A stretch of DNA of 64,000 bases, from positions 27,490,568 to 27,554,567 of the forward strand of contig CM119263.1 in the NCBI GenBank assembly GCA_051294375.1, in the 5' to 3' direction. This stretch comes from Paraspadella gotoi. Taxonomy: Eukaryota; Animalia; Chaetognatha. Under the pieces are notes generated by a model. It ran no database searches, was not told the DNA's origin, and saw only the letters and a program-made list of their open reading frames with translations. The position numbers and the translations under genes are program-made. This document shows, one piece after another, positions 13,212 to 24,882 of this stretch. Within the stretch, counting starts at the first letter, position 1. The number at the start of each line of letters is the position of its first letter.

Positions 13212-16200
13212 TGTGCGTTTATGACGATCGAGGTCAAGGGTCATGCCACTGGGGCAATTGAAAAGAAGGGAACCGCTTTTCGCGTCGCGAAACTTCCCCC
13301 CCTCTTTCACTGCAACAAAAGCCTTACCCCCACATATTTCCCATCTTTCTCCCGCCCCCCCCCCTCCGCGTTCCCCTCACCTTTCCCCCTTTCCCCTCCC
13401 TCTATCAACTTTCGAGTTCCTTTGTAGTGATCTTCGAAGGAAAGAGGTTGATATGATAGGGAGAGATGAATAGGAGATATGAATAGGGAGAGATGACGGG
13501 AAGATATGAATTTAAGAGTATTGAACCAATGTAAAGATAAAAGCGAACATAATCTCTTCATATCATTTTACTTTGTTACCTAAGATTTACCGGAAGGTAT
13601 GCAATAAGCCTAATTAATATTCTAGTATAAGAATAGTATAGATGAAATTGGTCAACCAATAATAAAATAGTAATAGTATATAGCGTATAGAGAGCATAGT
13701 ATATGAATAGTTCATTAATTCTTATTTGATATTATGAAAATAAAAACTAATTTTAACAAAGTGAAACGAATCATGAAAGAGTTAGAGCCGCATCATCAGA
13801 TAAAACAGCAAGAAGCCGTAGAAACCGGGAGAGCCGTTGCGGTCGGCAGGAAGCCGCTCGTGCTGCTGCAGAGGTCGGAGCCGCGGAGCCGCGGCAGCCG
13901 CTGAAGTTGCAGGATAACCGAGTCGCTGGCGGAAATATCGAGTTATACTCGAGTTCCTCTCGATGGGAGGGCGATAGAGAGTTTTAGGGAGGGCAGGAAG
14001 GGGGGGGGCGCTCGTGGGAAATTGTGAATGTATTTTATCTGAGGAGATGTAGGTTGGCGCTGGTAGCGGCAAAGAATGTTCAAATTTGGTGAATGAGAAA
14101 GGCTTGGAAGTATAAATGGATATAGTTAGGAGTTTTAGGACCCTCGCGATTGAATTGGCGATAATAAGTGAATGGACGCGAATGGAGTCAGTGTGTCAGT
14201 GTGCGCCGTCTTAATGGGAGTGGCGGCAATAAAAGCCCACGCTACGCCTTTACTTATATTCTCACGATACGACACACTGCACGATACTCCACGCAGCAGC
14301 GTCTCGGTCCAAACGCCGCGCTGCCGCTCGCAGCTCCGCAATTCCCCGACGACTCGGGGCACCCGCTGCGCGACGAAGTCTTTCATCGTTATTTACTGTC
14401 GCTTATTTTCATTGCGGCGATCGGTTGAATTTAGACAAGAGAAGAGATGGACTTTCGATTTGGGAGAAAATATGCGGGGCAAGATAAAAGAAAAAAGGGC
14501 AAGAAAAATAAAAATAGATTCAAAGTTATATGTAGCAAAGTTTTAATTATTCTTAAGTGTTTCGGACTTTACTTCATTCTGAAGAAATCTTAAGATATAT
14601 TCTTGAGAAATCCTGAAATATTTCCTAAGAAATCTTGGTTTCCATGGTTTTTTTTCCATACCCTTTCTCTCAAAACATCGCGAATCCAAACGAAATCCAA
14701 TCATTTTCCCAACCATTCGCCATCTTTTAACGGGTTTCCGTCGCTTTCGCCTATTGGCCATCATTTACGGACGGTTTCTTCTTTCTTCCCCATCGCCATT
14801 TTCTTTCTTCTTCCATTTCTCTCAACTCTTCATCTCCCTCCCCCCTTCTCCGACCGCCCCCGCGCCCCACTCCCCCATCTATTCTTGTGATATATACTCG
14901 TATGCGATTCTCTTCCAACTTCATTGATATATCAACGACGCCCCCTTTTCTGGCTGTCATCCTCACACTCACATCTTTCCTTTGGTACCTCTTTCAGCAC
15001 TCTTCTCCGTTCACAGCGATTTCCGTGAGGGAGAAAGGCATCATATCGCCTATTGCTACACAAACAAAAAGGTGCGAGTTCCAGCCCGGTGTCCGCTTAA
15101 CAGACAAAGTGGGAACGGATTAGGTAACGCCTGAAGCTCAGCGGACTGCCGAAGATATCAATTGAAAAACTCAATTAATTCATAACAATTATTTTGATTT
15201 TCAACACCTGTAATTTTTTTTCAAAATTTTATAATTTAATAATTCTACTTCAATTTTCTTTATATTCTTTCAATCACTTTTTAAAATCTTTCTTTTTTTT
15301 CCCTTTTGTTGTCCCAACCCATACCTTTCCAGCCCTGACCCTCAGTACCTCGCCCATCTTTCCCAATTTTCTGTCCAGCAACGAGGATCACATTTCTCCC
15401 CCCCCTCTTTTCTCACGCACCGTCACCTTGTGACGTCTTCCCCCCGGGGCAGAGTTTGCCACAAGTCATAACCTGGCGTCAATCGCCCGCGCCAACACAA
15501 TACAAGTTTCCCTGGCGCGTCGCACTGAACGAAGGGCATCGAGTTTTCCCTCGTGTAACCGAGAGAGAGGAGGGGGGGTTGGGGTGGGGGTAGAAGGGGG
15601 TTGGGGGTAGAGGGTAGAGGGGTTGGGTGGGGTAAAGGGGGTGGGTTGGGAGAAGTGAGTCAAGTTGTCGCCGATGGGAGAAACTGTAGGGAAGAAGTTA
15701 ATGAATGAGAGAGGGAGAGGGAGAGAGAAAAGAGAGAGAAGAAGAAGAAAGTTTGGCGATGACAAAATACTTGTTAAAGAGCTGCAACCTTACTAAGTGT
15801 GAGCACTGAGATACCAAATCTGCACTTGTCAGAGAATGCAAAATGCCAGATTGCCAGGCTGCCATATCTCTCCTGTGAAATTCTCTATTTTTCCGGTGCA
15901 GGTCACGTGAACGTCCTCACGGTCAACGATTCGGTGAGTGACCTCGAGACGACCTCGGGTCATCTGCCTCACTTTCAGCACGCATTTTTAGATTAGATTC
16001 ACTTTGTTCGTTTCGGGTATAGGAATTGCTTGAAATATGTAATAATAAACATTCAGATTAACATAGCCATATTGTATATTTAACAACGTAATCGAACAAA
16101 TGTAGATGGACCTTAAAGTGTTTGTAAAACAAAGTCGTTTTGACCGTCAAAGACAATAAAGAAAACAATATAGTTAATAAAAAAAATGGTTTCAATCTTG

Positions 16201-16852
16201 TTTTCCTTTCTTTTCTCTTTATTTAACTTTAGTCTCTTTGAATTATGTGAGAAAAACTCCTTGCCGTCGCGAGAGGAAAAAATCTCGGACGTCACGCAGA
16301 AAGAAAGAGGAGAGAGAGAGAGAGAGACCGAGAAGAGGAGAAGGAGAGACGAGAGAGAGAGAGAGAGAGAAGGAGAAAGACAGACAACAGAAGACAGACA
16401 GACAGACAGACAGACCGGGCTCGACTGGTCCCCGAGGATCAAAACGGCATTACATGTAACAGTGCCATTCAGGAGGCAACGTCTTAATCACGTGACACGG
16501 CTCCATTCGAATCGATATGTGAACGCAAAAGTATTTTTTCCGCCTTCGTGAATTCAAACAGTGAATCGAGGATAATCGAGTTGATCGCCTCCCAAAAGGA
16601 AACAGTAGGCGTTTGAATCGCCCGTTCTGTGCACGAAAATACTCTAAAAAAAAAATAATAAATAAATATAATAAATAAATAATAAATAAATAATAAATAA
16701 TTAAATATAATAATAAATAAATAAATAAATAAATAAATAATAAATAATTTTAAAAATAATATAATATAATTAAATTTCCTTTTCTTTTCGCTTGTTTTTT
16801 GCAAATCTAGAAGAAAGACAAAGTTTTTTTGTTTAAGTACACAAGTAGACAA

Positions 16853-16958
16853 GATTTATTTTTACATAGGACATGTTTCGGCTTAGTAATAACCTCTCAA
16901 AGCGCTGATGAAGGCCTTATACTAAAAGCCGAAACTATGTCCTATGAAAAAATAAATC
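16853..16958. mobile_element. Palindromic element containing a minimal hammerhead-ribozyme-like core (Penelope-like element remnant)
   Basis: Inverted arms around AGCGCT; CTGATGA-a-ggc...gcc-GAAAC-tat-GTC at 16905-16941. Confidence 0.55.
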
Positions 16959-18584
16959 CGTGTAACATAAAACAAATATAACTTTTGGTCTTTCTCTAAA
17001 AATATATATATATATATAGAACACAGGGATTTAACTTATCATTTTAAATTTTGAAGCTTTAAACATTAATTGAGGACAAGGATAATGTATGTAATTACTT
17101 GTAATTATTATTACAGTTTTTTTTTTTTTTTTTTGTGCAAAAAGTTATCGTGGAGGCGACACGCCGAATATCGGTTCCCTTTTTAATAAATTTACACCAC
17201 TCCAGTATCCTTTGTGTGGGTTGATAAGGAGCTTTTAAAAATAAACCCATTGACTAATGCCCATTGCCACCGTATTTATTAACCCACTCCTCCCCATCCG
17301 TTCTACGAGTTCAGTTTCGTTTCAGGCTCGGAGTTCATTTCACGATTCTTAATTAACTTTATATATTTCTCCCTTGACTCACTATACTAAAACTCGACAC
17401 ACACATCTCAATCCTAACCTCACTATTATGGCCATACAACGCGAGGAATTAACCTAACACTCATCGACAAAGCTTTACTTTTATCCTCAGTCTTCCTCCT
17501 TCGCGTCTTTCTCTTCGCCCTGGAGGGGGGGCGGAGGGGGCGGGGTATTTCTTTGAAAAACGGTATTTTTTTTCTCCTCAAGGAGATTCTTCCAATATCC
17601 GAATTCCGTGCGACCCCCCCTCTCTCTCTCTTCTCTTCTCTCTTCCTCTCTCTTCTCTCTCTCTCTCTTCCTTCCTTCTCTCTCTCTACCTGCATCTCTA
17701 TTGTTTTGGCTTCTCTTATCTGATCAAGTTTTATTTGGCTATTTCTCTTACCTTTTATATTGGCTTTTTTTTTTCTTGTTTTCCTCATCTTCCCCGTTAT
17801 TTTAGGCTATCTTTATTGTTTCATCAACAGCTATACACGTTCATTTTCTTTCGTAATGCAAACCTTCAAAGACGCGGTTGAAGAACCTTTAGCTTCCACG
17901 CCCATTCAATATTCATTCTTCAGCTTTCGATTGATAACAGAACACTTCCTCGCCGGAAGCGAAATAAACAGTCTCTTGTTTCTCATTCACGGGATCGATT
18001 CGATCTGCGTTTGCGCACTTCGATTGCGTGAGAGTTTGAACGAACTCGCTCAAGGTCTTTATTTAAAAAATGTGTAAATTAAAAACGTTAAATAAAAAGA
18101 AAAATGGGAAAAAAAAAGAAAAAAAGAAAGCGTGAGATAACTAGAAAATGATAGAGAGAGAGAGACAGGAGAACGAGCTGTCAACTAAAAAATCTCTTTA
18201 ACTTGTCTCCAAATCACGCATCTCTCTCTCATTACTTCTTGATCTCGATTAATCCCCAATGAAGAAAAACCTCCATATTTTTTTCCTGCATACAATCTTC
18301 ATTCCTCTACATCTGTGATCTTAAATAAAGACCCCAAGGCGTTAAAAGGGCTTCCTTTCACACAAGAAAAAACTTAAATATAGATATTGAAATTGATATT
18401 AGTTCTCTAAAGTTTAAGCGATTCCTAAATTGGAAGGACTGGACTATTAATAATTAAAAAATCTTATATTTACACCAAATAAAACAATTTTTGACTTTAC
18501 ACAATGTAATGAATCGCTGTGACTGACTCATTCCTTATTCTTTCTCGCGAAGACGGCGATCATGCGCTCTCAAAAAAAACCCCT

Positions 18585-18840
18585 ATTGGTCACCCTATTG
18601 GTTTCCACCCACCATTGGCGTTTTCCCCATTCGTTCCCTACCATTGTCCCCATTGGTCCCCCCATGTTGGTTCCCCCATTGGTCTTCACTGGTTCCCCCT
18701 TGGTTCCCATCATTGGTTCCCCATTTAATGCCCGACATTGGTAATACTGACGCAATGGTTACCCAATTGTTACCCAATTGGTTTCCCACCATTGGTTTCC
18801 CCATTGGTTTCCCCAATTGGTCCCCCATTGGTTTCCCCTA
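18585..18840. repeat. Degenerate ~12-bp minisatellite (ccccattggttt)n
   Basis: Repeated cccattggt units. Confidence 0.8.
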
Positions 18841-19299
18841 TTTCCTTCTTTTTTCCCCAATATGTACCTTCTTCTTCATTTTCATAAATCCTCGCAAGAA
18901 TCTCACAAGAGACCCTCACAGTTCACGACCTTCACACCATCCCACCTCCCTCGCTCTCTCTCCGACTCTCTTCCTCTCTCTCTCTCTCTCTCTTCATCTC
19001 TCTCTTTTCTCCTTCTCTCTCTCCTCTCTCATCGCTTTTCTGGCTCTTATCGGCGATTTCTTCAGTAATCTCTGCCAACGCCGACATGCTTCTCTCCTCT
19101 CGCTCTCTCTCTCTCTCTCTCCTTCTCTCTCTGAGTCATATATCCAGCTCTCCCGAACGCAGCCGTAGACCGGAGCGGCGGCGCGCGGCTTCCGATCGAC
19201 TCACTTCTCCTTCGGGCTTCTTCCGCTCGGATCGGGGAGATTTTCTCTCTCTCGTGTTCGGGCTTCTTCCGGTCGAAGTCCGAGCGGATCGGGGCCGGA

Positions 19300-19340
<41 letters not shown>

Positions 19341-20229
19341 CTTGCCGTNNNNNNNNNNNNNNNNNNNNNNNNNGGGGAGAGTCGGCGTGGAGGGTATAAA
19401 GGGGAAGGTGGATGGGAATATTAAGAGTGGAAGGCCGGAAATTTTTTTTTGTCATATATTATTTTGTGATCCCGTGAAAAGTGAGCGCGCAGTCTCGAAT
19501 CGAGCGTGTGAATTCTCGATCCATGGGCGTGGAGGTCCTTATGCCCGTGATTCATGTTTATAAACAACTTTCGTTCGATTAACTATCCGTATTTTTAGTT
19601 TCGTGTTGTTTTGTAATCATTTGTCTTTTTCAAGTTCGATCTCCCGGAGCAATTTATTTTTTATTTAAATTTAATTTAAATTTGTTTGTTTTTCCCTGAG
19701 CGCCTGACGAATAATCCTCTCGTAGTTATTTAATTTCCCCGATTGAAGTTCGCTTATTTCTGGACGGATCATTAGTCAGTCTCGCTGCCCTTTTCATTTT
19801 AAGATATTTCCCTCATTCGTTTTCATTTAATAGGGAATTATTTGCTTTTCTTTTATTTCAGTCATTTATTTTTTTATTATGGGAAAAGAATAAATTTGTT
19901 GTAGTAAATCGAGCGGAGAGTCGAACGTTTTTTGATTGTTTTTTTTTTTTCGAAAGGGTTCATTAAAATATTTATATATCTTTGATAAAATAATAACCAC
20001 GATGTTCACTTGTTTCACTTTTTCAACCACTTGTATTCTTGCTGTCGTTTCAATCCTCGTGCTGCCATCCACCGCACACGTCACGATCTCCACTGATCAC
20101 TTGTTTCTTCAATCCGCGCGTCGAATCCGTAATAAAAAAAAAACTTCAACCTCAACAATTAAAAAACAACATCAACAACATCAACAGCCAAAGGCAAAAC
20201 GCCGCCCCGCCCGCCTCCTCACCATTCAG

Positions 20230-20532
20230 TGCCCGGCCCGCCCTCCAAACCGGAAGTGACCGACGTGACCAAGGATTCCGTGACCCTCACCTGGAAGCCT
20301 TACCCTCCAAAATCCGGTCCGCCGGGCGTCGCCGTTCAAGCCTTCGTCGTCGAGTACTTCTCCCGCGAAGACGGCGCCGCCACGTGGCGAAGAGCGCCGC
20401 GCCGCGCGGCTACCAACGCCCTTCGCGTAACCGGTCTTCGCCCCGATACCGCCTACGTCTTTTTGGTCCGCGGAGTCAACTCGTTCGGCGTCGGACTGCC
20501 GAGTCCCGTGTCCGAGGCCGTGCGGACCAAAG
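20230..20532 (+). CDS. robo: Robo exon: FN3 domain 1
   Basis: cag|TG CCC...AAA G|gt; PGPPSKPEVTDVTKDSVTLTW...GLRPDTAYVFLVRGVNSFGVGLPSPVSEAVRT. Confidence 0.93.
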
Positions 20533-20570
20533 GTCTCACTTCTTTCTCTTCTCCTCTCTCTCTCTCTCTA

Positions 20571-20609
<39 letters not shown>

Positions 20610-23600
20610 ACTCTCTCTCTCTCTCTAATTAACTCATCACTATGGCAACTCAGTTGTTTCGATGTTTTCCTACTAATCTCGTCGCAGTCCTAACCCTCAA
20701 AATAATTCCGATTCCACATTTCTTTTTCTAAAATTAGATTCCATTTTCTCTCCCCCCCCCCGACCAGAAAACTTCCGCCCCTCGGAGCCTCAATTCCCCC
20801 TGGATCTCGTCCGCCAAAAGCTGAAGGAGAAGGCGGTGGAGATGAAGGAGGCGGAGGTGTTGAGCTCCACCTCCATCAAGATCAACTGGCAGACGAGGAG
20901 GGGAAGTCTCAAGTACGTCGAGGGATTCAACATCGTCTACAGGGCGACGACCTTCGGGGAAGAGGCCAAGGTCATCAAGGTCAAGGATAATAAGGTGAGA
21001 GGGTTGGTCGGTTGTGAGAGGGACGGGAAAAAGGGAGGCGTGAAAGATGGAAAGAAGAAATGAAAGGAGAAAATAATGGAGAAATGAAAAATGAGAGGAA
21101 TGAAAAAAAGAAAAAAAGGAGGTAAAAAAGAAAAAGAGAAAGAGGGAGGAAAATAATAAAACATTTAAAAAAAATGAGAGTCAAAATGAAAAAAAGGAGA
21201 TAATAAAAAAAACAAACTAAGGTAAATAGAAAATTAGAAACAAAGAAAGAAATAAAATCGAAAAAAAATATGTTAAAGTCCTTCACTCCTCATAGCTCGT
21301 CAAAAGTAAGAGGCAAGTTATTTTATTACAAAAATTGATAATTCTTTTATTGGCGGTAATAACTTCATTTAGGAAAAAAATAATGAAATAAATAAAAGTA
21401 AAGATAAAAAGAAAGAACAAGGTCTCTCAAACCCCCTTTAACTCCCTACCCACCCCCCCACCCCAACCCACCCCAACTCAGGCCATGACCTACATCCTCC
21501 GCGACCTGGAGGAGTTCACCACCTACGAGATTCGCCTCCAACCCTTCTACTTCTCCGTCCGAGGATCCTCCACCGACGCCTTCAAAGCCAAGACGCTAGA
21601 GGACGCTCCGTCGTCGCCGCCGCGGGAACTCAGCGTTCGCGTGGATTCGTTGAGCGCCATCACCATCACGTGGACTCCGCCGCCGGAGAAGGATCACAAC
21701 GGAGAGTTGAGGGGATACAAGGTGAGAATAAATAAATCACTTCATGAATCAATTTTTAATGAGCGGGGTGAATCGAATCAATTGAATGAAATCAACTTTA
21801 GGAAAATAAGCAATATAGCAGTACTCAAGCTATCAACACGTAAATCTATGTAATATATAATTATCAGATATGTGTAAGCAATCAATCGATAGATTTAGTT
21901 AAAAAGCTCAGTAAAATAAGTTAACTAATTCAACTTATCATATGAAAAAAAAATGTTCATTCAACTCATCATTCAATGTAATCAATGAAATGTTCCAATT
22001 TTATTTTAAATCGTATAAGCAATAATTATTCGACTAATCCAATTTATCAATCAATCAATCCATCAAAAATTTGAAAATCAAGCAAAAATCAATCAATCTA
22101 TCAATTTGTTGAATCAATCGATCGATCGATCTCAGGTCTACTGCCTGGCCAACGAGACCAAATTCCACGTGAACATCACCACCAACTCTTCCACCCACGG
22201 CATCGTCCTCGGAAACCTCGTCCGCGGGATGGCGTATCGCGTGGAGGTGGCGGCGTTCACGCGGGTCGGCGTCGGTCGCAAAACGACGCCGGTTTTCGTC
22301 GAATTGACTCCGGAATTCATGGCGCGCGTCGCCAACGTCGGTTCCATCTCCGATCAGATTCGACAAGTCGTCTCGGAGCCGTGGTGAGACAAGAATTTTT
22401 TTTTTTTATTCAATGCAATTCTATTTTATTTAGAAAGAACTATGGGAGTGTAGAGGAATTTAAAGCGGGTGTGTTTTTCTTTACCTTTGGTTCTAAACTT
22501 CGATAATTACTCTTATTTGTGTTTCAATCATGAAAAAATAATGTTTTTATTAAGAAATTTTAATTATAAAAATAATTTTCTTTAAAAATTTATATGTCTT
22601 AAAATTTTTATTCTATTTACCGCCAGGTTTATCGCTACCATCGGCACGGCATTATGGTTGGCGTTGTTCATTTTTTCTGTTTGGGTCTGCTACAAGCGAC
22701 GCCAACGGAAGAAAACCCAAATCCCTTCGGTCAGCGTCAGTTCGGACGGAAATCCCAGACAAAACGGTAAGAGTCTAATTCTGTTTTTTTTTTGTTTTTT
22801 TTTTTGTATTTTCCCGCCAAAAAGCAGACGACGCCATTTCCTTTTATTTTTTTATTCGTTATTCACTTCAATACTTATTTTTCTCTCCGCTTATTATTCT
22901 TAGATTTTGTTCGTTGCTTTTAAATTGATTTTGCCACTTTCTTTTTTGTTCTTTTTTTTATTCCCTCAACCAAAACAAAAAAACAAAAAACAACAACACA
23001 AAACAATCCCTTTTTTTTGTTTTCCGCACTCGTCGCACTCCTTGATAAAACAATGTCGCGATATCGCGCGATCGAAAAAAAATAACAAACAAAACAAACA
23101 AAACTAACAAAACAAACAAAACAAACAAAACAAACAAAACAAACAAAACAAACAAAACAAACAAACAAACAAAACAAACAAAACAAACAAAACAAACAAA
23201 ACAGACTCCTCCGCGCCAATGATGATGCTGCCCGACTTGTCCAATTACGCCGCGCCTAACTTCAAGACTCTGCCCTTGATTCCCGACGGCGCGCCCTCCC
23301 ATATCGGCCTCGATTCGCGCGGGCAGCTCGTCTACGATCGGGCAGAAACCTCCGTCGCCATTCCCGGCGCTTGGGCCAACACTTGGGCGGCGCTGCACGG
23401 GCGGGACGGCGTCGTTGTTCTCGGGGGTGGCGCTGGCGTTGGCGCGGGCGGCGCCAGTCCGGAGCAGAACTCTCCGTCGGATCTGACGACTTCCGGCGAG
23501 TCGGCGTCGACCGCTCGATCGCCGACGCTCGTGACTTCGTGCTGCTCGGGATCGGCGTCGTTGTCCAGCACTGACTCGTCGTCGAGACCTGTGATGAAAG

Positions 23601-23625
23601 GCGCGCACCGCGGTACGGGCTGTTT

Positions 23626-23692
<67 letters not shown>

Positions 23693-24793
23693 CTAACTCA
23701 CCCTCTCCTTCAAACTTATCTCGCATGCCTCACCTGATCCCGCAATACGAGCCGTACGATCAATTGGGGTCGCCTCACCTTTGTCCCCCTGGCGAAACGA
23801 AATCACTTTTTTTTTTCGACCCCAGAGGGACGGCGATTCTATCGTACCCTCTCTCCTCTTGGTGATCGGCCACGCCCACTTTCTCTTGCATGAACTTCCG
23901 TTTCGAATGTCCGACGTTGAAAATCTTTTTTTTTTCTCATAAGTTGACAATTGTTTTTTGTCGCATGAACTTTTTTTTGTTTCTTCTCTCTCTTTACGGT
24001 ATTTTGTTGCGAGAGAATTTTATAATTTATTTTGTTCCTTGGCACAATTTTTTGTTTAAGCAAGTTTCAGTTACACGTCGAATCGTATTTTATTTCAAAA
24101 ACAAACAAACAAACAAACAAAAATATTGCGAGAAAACTTGCACTTCACGTCGTGACGTACGATTATTAATTTAACAAAAGGTAGTTTATAGAGACTCGGT
24201 GTTATGGTAACCTCGCATTTAAAAATAAATGTAACAAAATGGTACCGTATATATACGAATATTACAAGTAGTCAACACACATTCAAAAAATAAGATTACA
24301 AAGAATATGGCTATCCATTATAGAATATACTCATTTTTCAGCAGAGTAGTAAACGTCCACGTATAACATTCGGGTTTTCGGTTAAGTAAGTAAAAAACCA
24401 AACTGACCCAAACCACTTTGCATCTCCCCACGACCCTCAACCACACAGGAGTCCTCTCCGACCACCACCTTCCCAACCTCCTTGACGGAACCACAAAGGA
24501 CCACCAATCCCTCCACCACCAAAAGCTCGACGCCCACAACTACTACGGCGCCGGCGCCAACCACATGATGAATCCCAACGGCGTAAATCTCCACATCGCG
24601 CCGGAGTATGCCGAGGTCGGCAGCAACATTCCCCCCGGCGGGATTGGGAATGTCTCTCCCAACCTCAAGACCTTCTATTGCGGGTCGGAATGCTCCTCGG
24701 GACCTTACGCCGTCACTAACATGGTGACCACGCCCAACGGGATAATGCGGCCGGTGAGTTGCAAAGAAGCGAGAGAGATAGAGAGAGATAGAT

Positions 24794-24882
<89 letters not shown>

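Noticed and set aside
503-13561. Many ORFs encoding ERERER, LSLSLS or K/R/F-rich peptides
   Set aside because: They are translations of (AG)n/(CT)n and purine or pyrimidine tracts, with no domain motifs and no consistent splice context.
18519-18840. Pro/Gly/Trp-rich ORFs
   Set aside because: They arise from the ~12-bp ccccattggttt minisatellite.
1-20229. Search for Robo Ig-domain exons upstream of FN3-1
   Set aside because: No Ig-like Cys/Trp motif exon was recognised; these exons are probably upstream of the window or inside N gaps.
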